A stretch of DNA of 64,000 bases, from positions 1,116,001-1,180,000 of the forward strand of contig NC_134035.1 in NCBI RefSeq assembly GCF_964204645.1, written 5' to 3'. Positions 1-12,447 of the stretch are shown piece by piece. Numbering within the stretch: the stretch's first letter is position 1; every line of letters begins with the position of its first letter. The translations under genes were made by a program, and so were the position numbers. Below the pieces are notes generated by a model. It was not told the DNA's origin and searched no databases. It saw nothing but the letters and a program-made list of their open reading frames with translations. The stretch comes from Tubulanus polymorphus (taxonomy: Eukaryota > Animalia > Nemertea).

Positions 1-924
1 ATGCAAAATTCAGAACGTATTCATAGTATCATATTTAATCAGAATTAGGCGCCACACTGGTCTGTATTGTACGTAATAAGGAAATTTAAATTCCGGCGAT
101 AAATATGCACTACTATTTTAGTTCACAGAAATTCCGCTATCGTAATTCATAGGGGCAGCACTGAACGGTAGATATCTAACTCAGCCTCGCCATCTTACTG
201 TGGCATGCGAGTAATACAGATATTTTTCTTAGCCGAATTTCGTTCAATGTTTAATATGAGTCCATTGTATATGAATAATTCTACTATTGTTTTAGGTCTT
301 TCGAAGGGGATCATCTTTTTAAAACGAATTTCAAACTATTTTTGATAGAACTCTTTTGTCTGCGGAATGTACTAGTATCCGGTAAAGCGGTAGGCTCACA
401 TGCCAAAGGAAGAATTTCAAGCAAATTAAATATTATTCTCTAAAATAGTGCATTCAACTACTACTAATTCACTTTAACCAGAAAAAAATGCTCTGAAACT
501 ATTAAAGAAACAATTTTCTATGAAAGAATAAAGCTTAAGAGTAATTTGAATCGGGGATATTCCTAGCATCGTCTGGGAGAGAACGACGGGTTCTAGATGC
601 CAAGAGCATTTTTTTCAGTTGCCCCGTTTTTACTTCAAACACAGCCAATCGGTAGTGTCACATATTTAGTCCTCGTGGACATAAAGTTCACTATAAGTGA
701 AGTTAAGTTCTCCCAATATGTGTTCGTTTGTTTGTTTATCCTCTCGGTGACTTCTAAAGCTGCCCACACATATTTATCCAGTTCATCTGATGTAGGTCCT
801 GATCAACAAACAAAAACGTCAATATATAGTTCCTAATGATGACAAACTCCTAAAAAAATATACACGAAACTTTATAGATTTGAGGCCACCAGTCAAACAT
901 ACAGAGTTAGAGTTAAGTCTAATT

Positions 925-1650
925 ACCGGTGTATCAGAGAAATGGCAATCTGAGGTAGGCTACTCAACAAAATGAGTGTCAGGGGTCGAATATCTTTTGT
1001 CTCCGATTTCGATGAAATTCAGTATAGACATGTATTATGGGGTGCTGATCACAAATCTGAAAGAATTTTTCGGGTCCGAGGCCCAGAAAATGAGAAATTC
1101 GAATTTTTGGGGGACCCCCTAAATTTTCAAAAGGCCTTGGACCCCAGAGTTTTCGAGATATTCGAAATCTGATTGCAGATTTTGAATCAGCACCCCTGAA
1201 AATATAGAGGACTAAAATTTTAAACAAATCGAAGAGATTCGATTTTTTGGCTAAAAATGGCAAAAATCTAAGGTGTTAGTCCAGGAGTTTTTTTTCGGCG
1301 AAAAATTTTTTTTCTCTGATTCCTTCGAAAATTAGTAGGAATATGTATTCTGAGGTGTAGATTCCGGATCCGTAATCAGATTTTGAATCGGAATTCATCT
1401 TCATGAGCAAATAAGGGTTTTAATGCCCAAAATATGCACCCCAAAAATGGGGTACAAAGTCAAAATTTTTTTTTGGCCCAATTTTAATGAAATTTTGTGC
1501 AGACATGTTTCTTGGGGTGCTGATTACAAATATGAGGTTAGATTTTGGATCTGAAGCTCGTAAAATGAAATATTCAGGATTTCGTGTTTCGACCCCCTTA
1601 ATTTCGTCACAAATTTTGATGAAATTCGGTCCAAAAACGATTTTTATTCA
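925..1650. mobile_element. Non-autonomous DNA-transposon-like segment with repeated GGGGTGCTGAT/ATCAGCACCCC motifs (copies at ~3983, ~17945, ~40526, ~44488)
   Basis: Starts TA-CCGGTGTATCAG. Multiple direct and inverted GGGGTGCTGAT...AAATCTG and TTTTGATGAAATT motifs, as seen in subterminal arrays. No transposase ORF; superfamily not assignable. Confidence 0.5.
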
Positions 1651-1810
1651 ATGATGTCAAATATTCAATTAATTTTTAAGGTAGAAATTGATGCTCTTAC
1701 TAAAAACCCTGAATTATAATTCCTGCAACACAATTACAGGCTGCTTCAAATAACCACATTGACAATTCTTATGAAATGTAGTAAACAGAGTGAGTATCAA
1801 TCCACTTATA

Positions 1811-1912
1811 GTCCGGTTAGTTGACTAAATAGTCCAGTTAGTTCACATATAGTCTGGTTAGTTCACTAGTAGTCCAGTTAGTTCACTAGTAGTCCAGTTA
1901 GTTCACTAGTAG
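1811..1912. repeat. 20-bp minisatellite GTCCAGTTAGTTCACTAGTA (5 copies here, 4 in the other units)
   Basis: Directly visible; also at ~4869, ~9996, ~15456, ~18830, ~23689, ~41573, ~45377. Confidence 0.9.
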
Positions 1913-2562
1913 TGCGGAAGAAGTTGGCTGAAGAAGTAAAACTGTGATAAATTTCAGTTGAAGTCCACCACATCCAGTATTCGTGATGAAGTTTACGCCA
2001 CAGCCCGACAGAGGAAAACCTGAAATACTAAAATTGAAATCGCATTAACAGGGAGACTGACTGAGAGGTCGGGGGAGGATGGGATGAGAGGTTGGGGACA
2101 ATGGGGTGATGAGGTTGGGTGAGATTGAGGTTAGAGGTCGAGGGAGGATGGGGTGAGAGGTCGAGGGAGGATGGGTGAAAAGGGAAGCAAAACAGTACAA
2201 TTACTCTGACATAGTAAAGGCTTAAACAAAAGTTTTCAGCAGTTTTCAGTCACACTGGATTAACAGATTCTCGTTTTAAACAAGAGCCTAGCCTGTGGCA
2301 GTGGGAGAAAGCTGGTGTAACTAAACTGGTCGAGTCAGGGCCTGGCCGGCCTCACTGTTGTGTCGTGACGTGTCCGCGTGCGAAGTCAACTGGAGTGAGG
2401 TCCCCCCCCTGTGCGTCCCTGAGGACATGAAATATCATGAATGCTTATCTTTTTACCCAATATCAAATTCGTACATTTAAAATCATCGTGACTTTAAAGT
2501 CTTCATCAATTGAGGGAATAGTTCACTGTAAATAAAGAATTAGCGATTGAATTGAGCCCGCT

Positions 2563-3261
2563 CCACAGTGAAAATAGCGCGATCAATTCAATCTCGACCG
2601 TCTAGTGCTGCCCCTATGTATAACGATAGCGTGGAAAACGTGAACTAACATCATACTCGCTTGCCAGAGTCTTCGAACGGTAGTAGTGGACGAACTAATT
2701 ACCGATTTGCGGGCCGGATTCCGAGGAAAATTCTCAAACTCTGAAAACTGCTCTGAAACGTTTGAACCAAACAAATTTTCTATAAAAGAATAAGCCTTAA
2801 AAGAGTGAATTTGAATCGGGGTATTTCTAGTATGGTCTGGGAGAGAGCGACAGGTGTTTGTATGTTCCCTGATTATTTGCGCCCAATTAGAATACATCGA
2901 AGAAAAAATATGGACATTTTGTCAATTCAGATGATAAATTATCATTCAAAAATGTAAATGAATAAGTTATTCTGTATATAAATATTATATTAATTGATAA
3001 GTAAGTGAATTTTAGCTAAAAAGAATTAAATATGTTACCTAAAAAATAAGGAAATATCATGCAAAATTCAGAACGTATTCATAGTATCATATTTAATCAG
3101 AATTAGGCGCCACACTGGTCTGTATTGTACGTAATAAGGAAATTTAAATTCCGGCGGTAAATATGCACTACTATTTTAGTTCACAGAAATTCCGCTATCG
3201 TAATTCATAGGGGCAGCACTGAACGGTAGATATCTAACTCAGCCTAGCAATCTTACTGTGG
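2563..3261. repeat. Diverged ~85-bp inverted repeat pair (2563-2648 / 3176-3261) spanning each unit junction
   Basis: Perfect 15-bp core AGTGCTGCCCCTATG (2604-2618) / CATAGGGGCAGCACT (3206-3220). Flanking matches CGATAGCG/CGCTATCG, GTGAACTAA/TTAGTTCAC, CCACAGT/ACTGTGG. Confidence 0.8.
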
Positions 3262-6200
3262 CATGCGAGTAATACAGATATTTTTCTTAGCCGAATTTCG
3301 TTCAATGTTTAATATGAGTCCATTGTATATGAATAATTCTACTATTGTTTTAGGTCTTTCGAAGGGGATCATCTTTTTAAAACGAATTTCAAACTATTTT
3401 TGATAGAACTCTTTTGTCTGCGGAATGTACTAGTATCCGGTAAAGCGGTAGGCTCACATGCCAAAGGAAGAATTTCAAGCAAATTAAATATTATTCTCTA
3501 AAATAGTGCATTCAACTACTACTAATTCACTTTAACCAGAAAAAAATGCTCTGAAACTATTAAAGAAACAATTTTCTATGAAAGAATAAAGCTTAAGAGT
3601 AATTTGAATCGGGGATATTCCTAGCATCGTCTGGGAGAGAACGACGGGTTCTAGATGCCAAGAGCATTTTTTTCAGTTGCCCCGTTTTTACTTCAAACAC
3701 AGCCAATCGGTAGTGTCACATATTTAGTCCTCGTGGACATAAAGTTCCCTATAAGTGAAGTTAAGTTCTCCCAATATGTGTTCGTTTGTTTGTTTATCCT
3801 CTCGGTGACTTCTAAAGCTGCCCACACATATTTATCCAGTTCATCTGATGTAGGTCCTGATCAACAAACAAAAACGTCAATATATAGTTCCTAATGATGA
3901 CAAACTCCTAAAAAAATATACACGAAACTTTATAGATTTGAGGCCACCAGTCAAACATACAGAGTTAGAGTTAAGTCTAATTACCGGTGTATCAGAGAAA
4001 TGGCAATCTGAGGTAGGCTACTCAACAAAATGAGTGTCAGGGGTCGAATATCTTTTGTCTCCGATTTCGATGAAATTCAGTATAGACATGTATTATGGGG
4101 TGCTGATCACAAATCTGAAAGAATTTTACGGGTCCGAGGCCCAGAAAATGAGAAATTCGAATTTTTGGGGGACCCCCTAAATTTTCAAAAGGCCTTGGAC
4201 CCCAGAGTTTTCGAGATATTCGAAATCTGATTGCAGATTTTGAATCAGCACCCCTGAAAATATAGAGGACTAAAATTTTAAACAAATCGAAGAGATTCGA
4301 TTTTTTGGCTAAAAATGGCAAAAATCTAAGGTGTTAGTCCAGGAGTTTTTTTTCGGCGAAAAATTTTTTTTCTCTGATTCCTTCGAAAATTAGTAGGAAT
4401 ATGTATTCTGAGGTGTAGATTCCGGATCCGTAATCAGATTTTGAATCGGAATTCATCTTCATGAGCAAATAAGGGTTTTAATGCCCAAAATATGCACCCC
4501 AAAAATGGGGTACAAAGTCAAAATTTTTTTTTGGCCCAATTTTAATGAAATTTTGTGCAGACATGTTTCTTGGGGTGCTGATTACAAATATGAGGTTAGA
4601 TTTTGGATCTGAAGCTCGTAAAATGAAATATTCAGGATTTCGTGTTTCGACCCCCTTAATTTCGTCACAAATTTTGATGAAATTCGGTCCAAAAACGATT
4701 TTTATTCAATGATGTCAAATATTCAATTAATTTTTAAGGTAGAAATTGATTCTCTTACTAAAACCCTGGATTATAATTCCTGCAACACAATTACAGGCTG
4801 CTTCAAATAACCACATTGACAATTCTTATGAAATGTAGTAAACAGAATGAGTATCAATCCACTTATAGTCCGGTTAGTTGACTAAATAGTCCAGTTAGTT
4901 CACATATAGTCTGGTTAGTTCACTAGTAGTCCAGTTAGTTCACTAGTAGTGCGGAAGAAGTTGGCTGAAGAAGTAAAACTGTGATAAATTTCAGTTGAAG
5001 TCCACCACATCCAGTATTCGTGATGAAGTTTACGCCACAGCCCGACAGAGGAAAACCTGAAATACTAAAATTTAAATCACATTAACAGGGAGACTGACTG
5101 AGAGGTCGGGGAGGATGGGATGAGAGGTTGGGGACAATGGGGTGATGAGGTTGGGTGAGATTGAGGGAGGATGGAGTTAGAGGTCGAGGGAGGATGGGTG
5201 AGAGGTCGAGGGAGGATGGGTGAAAAGGGAAGCAAAACAGTACAATTACTCTGACATAGTTAAGGCTTAAGCAAAAGTTTTCAGCAATTTTCAGTCACAC
5301 TGGATTAACAGATTCTCGTTTTACACAAGAGCCCAGCCTGTGGCAGTGGGAGAAAGGCGTTGTAACTAACTGGTCGAGTCAGGGCCTGGCCGGCCTCACT
5401 GTTGTGTCGTGACGTGTCTGCGTGCGAAGTCAACTGGAGTGAGGTCCCCCTGTGCGTCCCTGAGGACATGAAATATCATGAATGCTTATCTTTTTACCCA
5501 ATATCAAATTCGTACATTTAAAATCATCGTGACTTTAAAGTCTTCATCAATTGAGGGAATAGTTCACTGTAAATAAAGAATTAGCAATTGAATTGAGCCC
5601 GCTCCACAGTAAAACTAGCGCGATCAATTCAATCTCGACCGTCTAGTGCTGCCCCTATGTATAACGATAGCGTGGAAAACGTGAACTAACATTATACTCG
5701 CTCGCCAGAGTCTTCGAACGGCAGTAGTGGACGAACTAATTACCGATTTGCGGGCCGGATTTCGAGGAAAATTCTCAAACTCTGAAAACTGCTCTGAAAC
5801 GTTTGAACCAAACAAATTTTCTATAAAAGAATACGCCTTGAAAGAGTAAATTTGAATCGGGGTATTTCTAGTATGGTCTGGGAGAGAGCTACAGGTGTTT
5901 GTATGTTCCCTGATTATTTGCGCGCAATTAGAATACATCGAAGAAAAAATATGGACATTTTGTCAATTCAGATGATAAATTATCATTCAAAAATGTAAAT
6001 GAATAAGTTATTCTGTATATAAATATTATATTAATTGATAAGTAAGTGAATTTTAGCTAAAAAGAATTAAATATGTTACCTAAAAAATAAGGAAATATCA
6101 TACAAAATTCAGAACGTATTCATAGTATCATATTTAATCAGAATTAGGCGCCACACTGGTCTGTATTGTACGTAATAAGGAAATTTAAATTCCGGCGGTA

Positions 6201-6606
6201 AATATGCACTACTATTTTAGTTCACAGAAATTCCGCTATCGTAATTCATAGGGGCAGCACTGAACGGTAGATATCTAACTCAGCCTCGCAATCTTACTGT
6301 GGCATGCGAGTAATACATATATTTTCCTTAGCCGAATTTCGTTCAATGTTTAATATGAGTCCATTGTATATGAATAATTCTACTATTGTTTTAGGTTTTT
6401 CGAAGGGGATCATCTTTTTTAAAACGAATTTCAAACTATTTTTGATAGAACTCTTTTCTCTGCGGAATGTACTAGTATCCGGTAAAGCGGTAGGCTCACA
6501 TGCCAAAGGACGAATTTCAAGCAAATTAAATTTTATTCTCTAAAATAGTGCATTCAACTACCACTAACACTGTAACCAGAACAGAAGCCCTGAAACTATT
6601 ACAATT

Positions 6607-6987
6607 GATGTCCACGCCTGACAATATTCGTTAGCCATTTTTGCCGTGTTTTACTCCGTCATACTTGGAACGATAATGGCGACATATGCACAAAAGTGTA
6701 CAGACTCGTATCTGGAAGCAGGTCTGGTTCGGGTAGAGCTGATCCCACCGAATTGATTTTAGCACGTGCGTGGGAGTTTGGTGATGAATCTGTGTAATTT
6801 ATTTTGCTGGCTACCGTTAATCATCGTTCAGTTTTGCGTCGTATTCGGGGTTCAAATACCGAATCAGGTGGCGGCTTGGCTGGCCGTTCCTTTCTTACTG
6901 ATTAACTCGTCCAATCCCCTTCTTTACACCATACTGACTATCGATATGAAATCCATTCGAGCAAAAACTAAACGCTTTCGACATTAA
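6607..6987 (+). pseudogene. GRL101/LGR-like rhodopsin-class GPCR fragment (TM5-TM7), disrupted copy
   Basis: Translates QYSLAIFAVFYSVILG..YAQ, then CNLFCWLPLIIVQ..G.QIPNQVAAWLAV..INSSNPLLYT. Premature TGA, frameshifts, 5'-truncated at the repeat junction. Confidence 0.8.
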
Positions 6988-8361
6988 ACAATTTGAACTT
7001 GAACATACGGAAGCGATGAGGCTCCGAATCTTCCCAAAAACGAAAGTGAAATTGTACAACTTAACTATTTTTCTCTCACAAGCCCGCCACACCTGGCAAA
7101 CCCCAAAACCTGCCGAACTGAGTGAGTCTGAGGAGATGAAAGAACTATTTAACACAACGAACGACAAAAAACCCTCAGAGATTATTTCTATTGTCCGCTT
7201 ACCACGTCAGATAAGAAACGATCGAGCCCTGGCAAGCGAGGAAAAGGTCCCGTTTTGCTATGGCAAACGAGACCAATTTTTACACACATGTCTAATACAT
7301 ATCGATACAAGAAAAGAACGAAAATGAATTCCAACTTACCCCTCAGTTTGATGACACGAATCACTAAAATTAATCAATGTTCTATTTGGTTGAAGATGGT
7401 GACGCTTAGAACTCAGGGCCGTACTTAGCGGGGGAGTTTAGTCCTATCTTATTACCATATGGAAAATCCCACGTATATTCATCTTGGTCAGTCAATATCA
7501 TCCTGAATCTCTGCTAATTTAAACTGCACACGGTCCACACACGGTAGATATTCTCCCAAATCCTTCCGTGTCGTAAGGCAGTATATAAGTTTAAGTTTAA
7601 GTGTATATGTATTTATCCGAGTGATTCGTGTATAGAATGTATATAGGTTAATCGCGTCTGTCCCGGTCACGGTTCCATTGAGTCGAACGTGATGGAACAT
7701 TGTTCAAATATGAAACTTCAACCTCCAAACGACGTTGATAAACATAAAATTAATGTTGAATCATAATTGCATTGAAGTATTCACCATGTCTAGACAATTC
7801 CTTGAAGGGTTTCAACTAGCAGATTTCCACCAGCACCACAGTGGTCAAGATGGCGAAAAGGGAATAAAATCAGGGCTTTCCCAGGTTCGAATCCAATCTA
7901 GAACTCATGCGGATTCAGGGCCGGATATCCCATGTTCGAAGACCCTAATCACTCCGCTTATGCTTAACTGTAACAGCTATCTTTTGTCCAAAATTGAAAA
8001 CAAAAATCCAAAACCAAATCTAAGATTTATAATATACTGTTTTTTATTTAGTATCAAAATTAAGAAAGATTTTTGGTCGATTTTCTTCAGTTGTCAACCG
8101 TAAAATATGTGTCTTTTTTAACACTTGTTTACTTTAAAAATAGATGCTCAATATTCAAAGAATTAAATTCTTCCTTTAACTAACCACATCTTTTTTTCTT
8201 GAGACTCAACATTAATGCAGATATCGATTCATAGCAGCCCGGAGCCTGCCTCCCTCGGCCCGGGTTTTGCAGCCCCTCAGACACTCAATACATTGCCGAT
8301 ATCCTTCTTCTAATGTTTGATCGTAAAGAATTCTCTCGAATAATTAGTTTGTAATCAAATA

Positions 8362-8496
8362 CAGTAGACGTCACTCAAGATCAACTCGATGTTGGTTGAA
8401 ATATTTTTTGTAACACTATTCATGAAATCAGATCGGATCACTCAAGTCGGGCACATTTTTGCAGCCCCAAATGTTCGACTTGACCCGAGTCTACTG
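8362..8496. mobile_element. Tc1/mariner (pogo/Tigger-like) MITE; copies at 13822-13956 and 22321-22452, decayed at ~48950
   Basis: TA|CAGTAGAC ... GTCTACTG|TA termini with TA target duplication. Confidence 0.75.
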
Positions 8497-9323
8497 TACT
8501 TGTTTCGAGGATGATGAGATATCACCTTGCCTCATTAGACATTAGTCATCTATCAACACGCTTTAAAATCATCCAGACTTCACAGTTTTATGTTCAACGA
8601 GAACACTCCAGGTCTTGCACACTCCAGGACTGGGTGTAAGTAAGACAGTGAAAAGGGCCAAAAGAGGGCGCTGATTCCAGGCTGCAGATCGATAGCTACA
8701 TAAGACGAATTCACACGCACAAAATGCTTACAAAGTTAGTTTATAATTTGCAAATGGTTTTCAGAGACAAAAATATATAAATATATACACATTAATAATT
8801 GTGGTCGATATAGGTATTGGTAAAATGAACGAATCGAACATTTAAACATTAAAACAGTCACCATATCTGTACATTACTAACATCAAAATAGAAACAAAAC
8901 ATTTGATAAAAATCCCAAGGAGGAGGGTGGTTCAGAGGGGTAGCCATCTTGAGCTACCAGCTTGTTTCGGTGAAACAGATAATGTCTATATATTCCAAAA
9001 TTATATGGTTAGAAACATCATCCCACCAGCCCACACCACAGTAGCCGGGAAAACTGAAATATCTACCTACGCAGAACGCCTAATTAGATGAATTAATTTT
9101 TACGATTTCCGAGGAATTCTTCACAAAAACGTAACACATTTTTAAAACATGAAACACTATACAATACTCTCGTATAAACGTAATCAAAAACACCGAAAGA
9201 AACCCGCATTACATCAACCAAACAGCGTGTAACAAAACAATACATCTTCAGGGCCGAGACAAACCTGTTGATTTCAGGTAAAGTTTGTTACATGTTTCTA
9301 GATGAAAGTCGAGCGCAAATTAA

Positions 9324-9411
9324 CTAAATCTTGAGTTGATAGAATTTTCCTATTGACACGCATGCCAACTGGAGGGGTGGCATCCACTGGGTACCCGACT
9401 GAAACCCATCC
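9324..9411 (-). pseudogene. Duplicated last coding exon of the Q/N-rich gene, with its 3' UTR continuing to ~8700 (also 14784-14871, 23283-23370)
   Basis: Near-identical to 49822-49909; lacks the native splice acceptor. Confidence 0.8.
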
Positions 9412-9530
9412 GAAGCAAAAAACTGCCGAACCGTGGCTCGTGTAGCGTTTAATAAAAAGAAAAAAATCTGAATACCACAAGAGAATTATTGTACATACTA
9501 TTATCTATAGTACTCACGCAGTGTAGTGGT

Positions 9531-9836
9531 CATACTAGTAGTACGGTGTGAGTGTGCGTGCTAGCGTGTGCGCGCATACTAGTAGTACGGTGTGAGTGTG
9601 CGTGCTAGCGTGTGCGCGCATACTAGTAGTACGGTGTGAGTGTGCGTGCTAGCGTGTGCGCGCATACTAGTAGTACGGTGTGAGTGTGCGTGCTAGCGTG
9701 TGCGCGCATACTAGTAGTACGGTGTGAGTGTGCGTGCTAGCGTGTGCGCGCATACTAGTAATACGGTGTGAGTGTGCGTGCTAGCGTGTGCGCGCATACT
9801 AGTAGTACGGTGTGTGTGCGTGCTAGCATGTGCGCG
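9531..9836. repeat. 44-bp minisatellite CATACTAGTAGTACGGTGTGAGTGTGCGTGCTAGCGTGTGCGCG x7 (also 14991-15296; single copy at ~23488)
   Basis: Unit starts at 9531, 9575, 9619, 9663, 9707, 9751, 9795. Confidence 0.95.
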
Positions 9837-12066
9837 CATGTATTAAATATGGGAGATCGACGGTGTTCCGTGCGTTCGAGCACACGCTTTTGAATATTAA
9901 TTAAGAAAAATGGTAATTCCACAAATCCACATACAGAGTTCCACACCTCCTGGAGTCCACCAATGACTGTTTTTTATGAGTATCAATCTACTTTAGTCCG
10001 GTTAGTTGACTATATAGTCCAGTTAGTTCACATATAGTCTGGTTAGTTCACTAGAAGTCCAGTTAGTTTCACTAGTAGTCCGGAAGAAGTTGACTGAAGA
10101 GAAGTGATAAATTTCAGATGAAGTCCACCACGTCCAGTATTCATGATGAAGTTTACACCACAGCCCGACAGAGGAAAACCTGAAATACTAAAATTGAAAT
10201 CACATTAACAGGGAGACTGACTGAGAGGTTGAGGGAGGATGGGATGAGAGGTTGGGGGAGGATGGGGTGATGAGGTTGGGGAGGATGGGGTGAGAGGTTG
10301 GGGGAGGATGGGTGAGAGGTTGAGGGAGGATGAAGTGAGAGGTTGGGGTGAGGTTTAGGGAGGATGGGGTGAGAGGTTTGGGGTGAGGTTGAGGGAGGAT
10401 GGGGTGAGAGGTTGAGGGAGGATGGGTGAAAAGTGATGCAAAACAGTACAATTACTCTGACATAGTAAAGGCTTAAGCAAAAGTTTTCAGCAGTTTTCAG
10501 TCACGCTGGATTAACAGATTCTCGTTTTACACAAGAGCCCAGCCTGTGGCAGTGGGAGAAAGCTGGTGTAACTAACTGGTCGAGTCAGCTGGTGTTAACC
10601 TGCTGAACAAGATGTGGTAGAAAAGAGGGACGAGGAAGTAACAGGAAATTGTAAGAACAGTTCATCAACAAGATTTGTGAAACTATCGCCTGCACCATGT
10701 GCAATGCAACCGGCTAGGGTAGTGCGGCCCGTGTAGGCTAGAAAGTGGTTTTTGACACCGAGTGAGGTCCCTGTTAGTCTAATACCTAGCCGTCGTTACC
10801 CAAACAACCCGAAGCCCGTAGTAACAACGACTGACTGATTCAGAATAAATTTAGTAGGTCCCTCACCTGCTCACTGTGTCGTGACGTGTCTGCGCCGAAG
10901 TCAACTGGAGTGAGGTCCCCGAGGACCTGAAATATCACAAATTCTTGTCTTTTTACCCAATATCAAAATTCGTACATTTAAAATCATCGTGGCTTTAAAG
11001 TCTTTATCAATTGAGGGAATAGTTCACTGTAAATAAAGAATTAGCGATTGAATTGAGCCCGCTCCACAGTAAAAATAGCGCGATCAATTCAATCTCGACC
11101 GTCTAGTGCTGCCGCTATGTATAACGATAGCGTGGAAAGCGTGAACTAACATCATACTCGCTCGCCAGAGTCTTCGAACGGCAGTAGTGGACGAACTAAT
11201 TACCGATTCGCGGGCCGGATTCCGAGGAAAATTCTCAAACTCTGAAAACTGCACTGAAACGTTTGAACCAAACAAATTTTCTATAAAAGAATAAGCCTTA
11301 AAAGAGTAAATTTGAATCGGGGTATTTCTAGTATGGTCTGGGAGAGAGCTACAGGTGTTTGTATGTTCCCTGATTATTTGCGCGCAATTAGAATACATCG
11401 AAGAAAAAATATGGACATTTTGTCAATTCAGATGATAAATTATCATTCAAAAATGTAAATGAATAAGTTATTCTGTATATAAATATTATATTAATTGATA
11501 AGTAAGTGAATTTTAGCTAAAAAGAATTAAATATGTTACCTAAAAAATAAGGAAATATCATACAAAATTCAGAACGTATTCATAGTATCATATTTAATCA
11601 GAATTAGGCGCCACACTGGTCTGTATTGTACGTAATAAGGAAATTTAAATTCCGGCGGTAAATATGCACTACTATTTTAGTTCACAGAAATTCCGCTATC
11701 GTAATTCATAGGGGCAGCACTGAACGGTAGATATCTAACTCAGCCTCGCAATCTTACTGTGGCATGCGAGTAATACATATATTTTCCTTAGCCGAATTTC
11801 GTTCAATGTTTAATATGAGTCCATTGTATATGAATAATTCTACTATTGTTTTAGGTTTTTCGAAGGGGATCATCTTTTTTAAAACGAATTTCAAACTATT
11901 TTTGATAGAACTCTTTTCTCTGCGGAATGTACTAGTATCCGGTAAAGCGGTAGGCTCACATGCCAAAGGACGAATTTCAAGCAAATTAAATTTTATTCTC
12001 TAAAATAGTGCATTCAACTACCACTAACACTGTAACCAGAACAGAAGCCCTGAAACTATTACAATT

Positions 12067-12447
12067 GATGTCCACGCCTGACAATATTCGTTAGCCATTT
12101 TTGCCGTGTTTTACTCCGTCATACTTGGAACGATAATGGCGACATATGCACAAAAGTGTACAGACTCGTATCTGGAAGCAGGTCTGGTTCGGGTAGAGCT
12201 GATCCCACCGAATTGATTTTAGCACGTGCGTGGGAGTTTGGTGATGAATCTGTGTAATTTATTTTGCTGGCTACCGTTAATCATCGTTCAGTTTTGCGTC
12301 GTATTCGGGGTTCAAATACCGAATCAGGTGGCGGCTTGGCTGGCCGTTCCTTTCTTACTGATTAACTCGTCCAATCCCCTTCTTTACACCATACTGACTA
12401 TCGATATGAAATCCATTCGAGCAAAAACTAAACGCTTTCGACATTAA
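12067..12447 (+). pseudogene. GRL101/LGR-like GPCR fragment, same as 6607-6987
   Basis: Same sequence at +5460 offset. Confidence 0.8.

Noticed and set aside
2338-2430. HDV-like ribozyme suggested by GGCCGGC and CCTCACT/AGTGAGG pairing
   Set aside because: Could not build the nested double pseudoknot, and the segment is a deletion junction that differs between units.
2583-2897. 104-aa ORF repeated in seven units (MYSN..RRSRLN)
   Set aside because: Its recurrence is explained by recent DNA duplication. It has no recognisable domain, differences are largely non-synonymous, and the 24.4-kb copy is frameshifted.
3206-3220. CATAGGGGCAGCACT as a CTCF site
   Set aside because: One base short in the AG-RK-GGC core and lacks the upstream CC; resemblance only partial.
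9298-9480. ORF ending ...LVNLRSTFI as the Q/N gene C-terminus
   Set aside because: Splice phase from exon 50103-50020 selects the other frame (MDGFQSGTQW...YQLKI).
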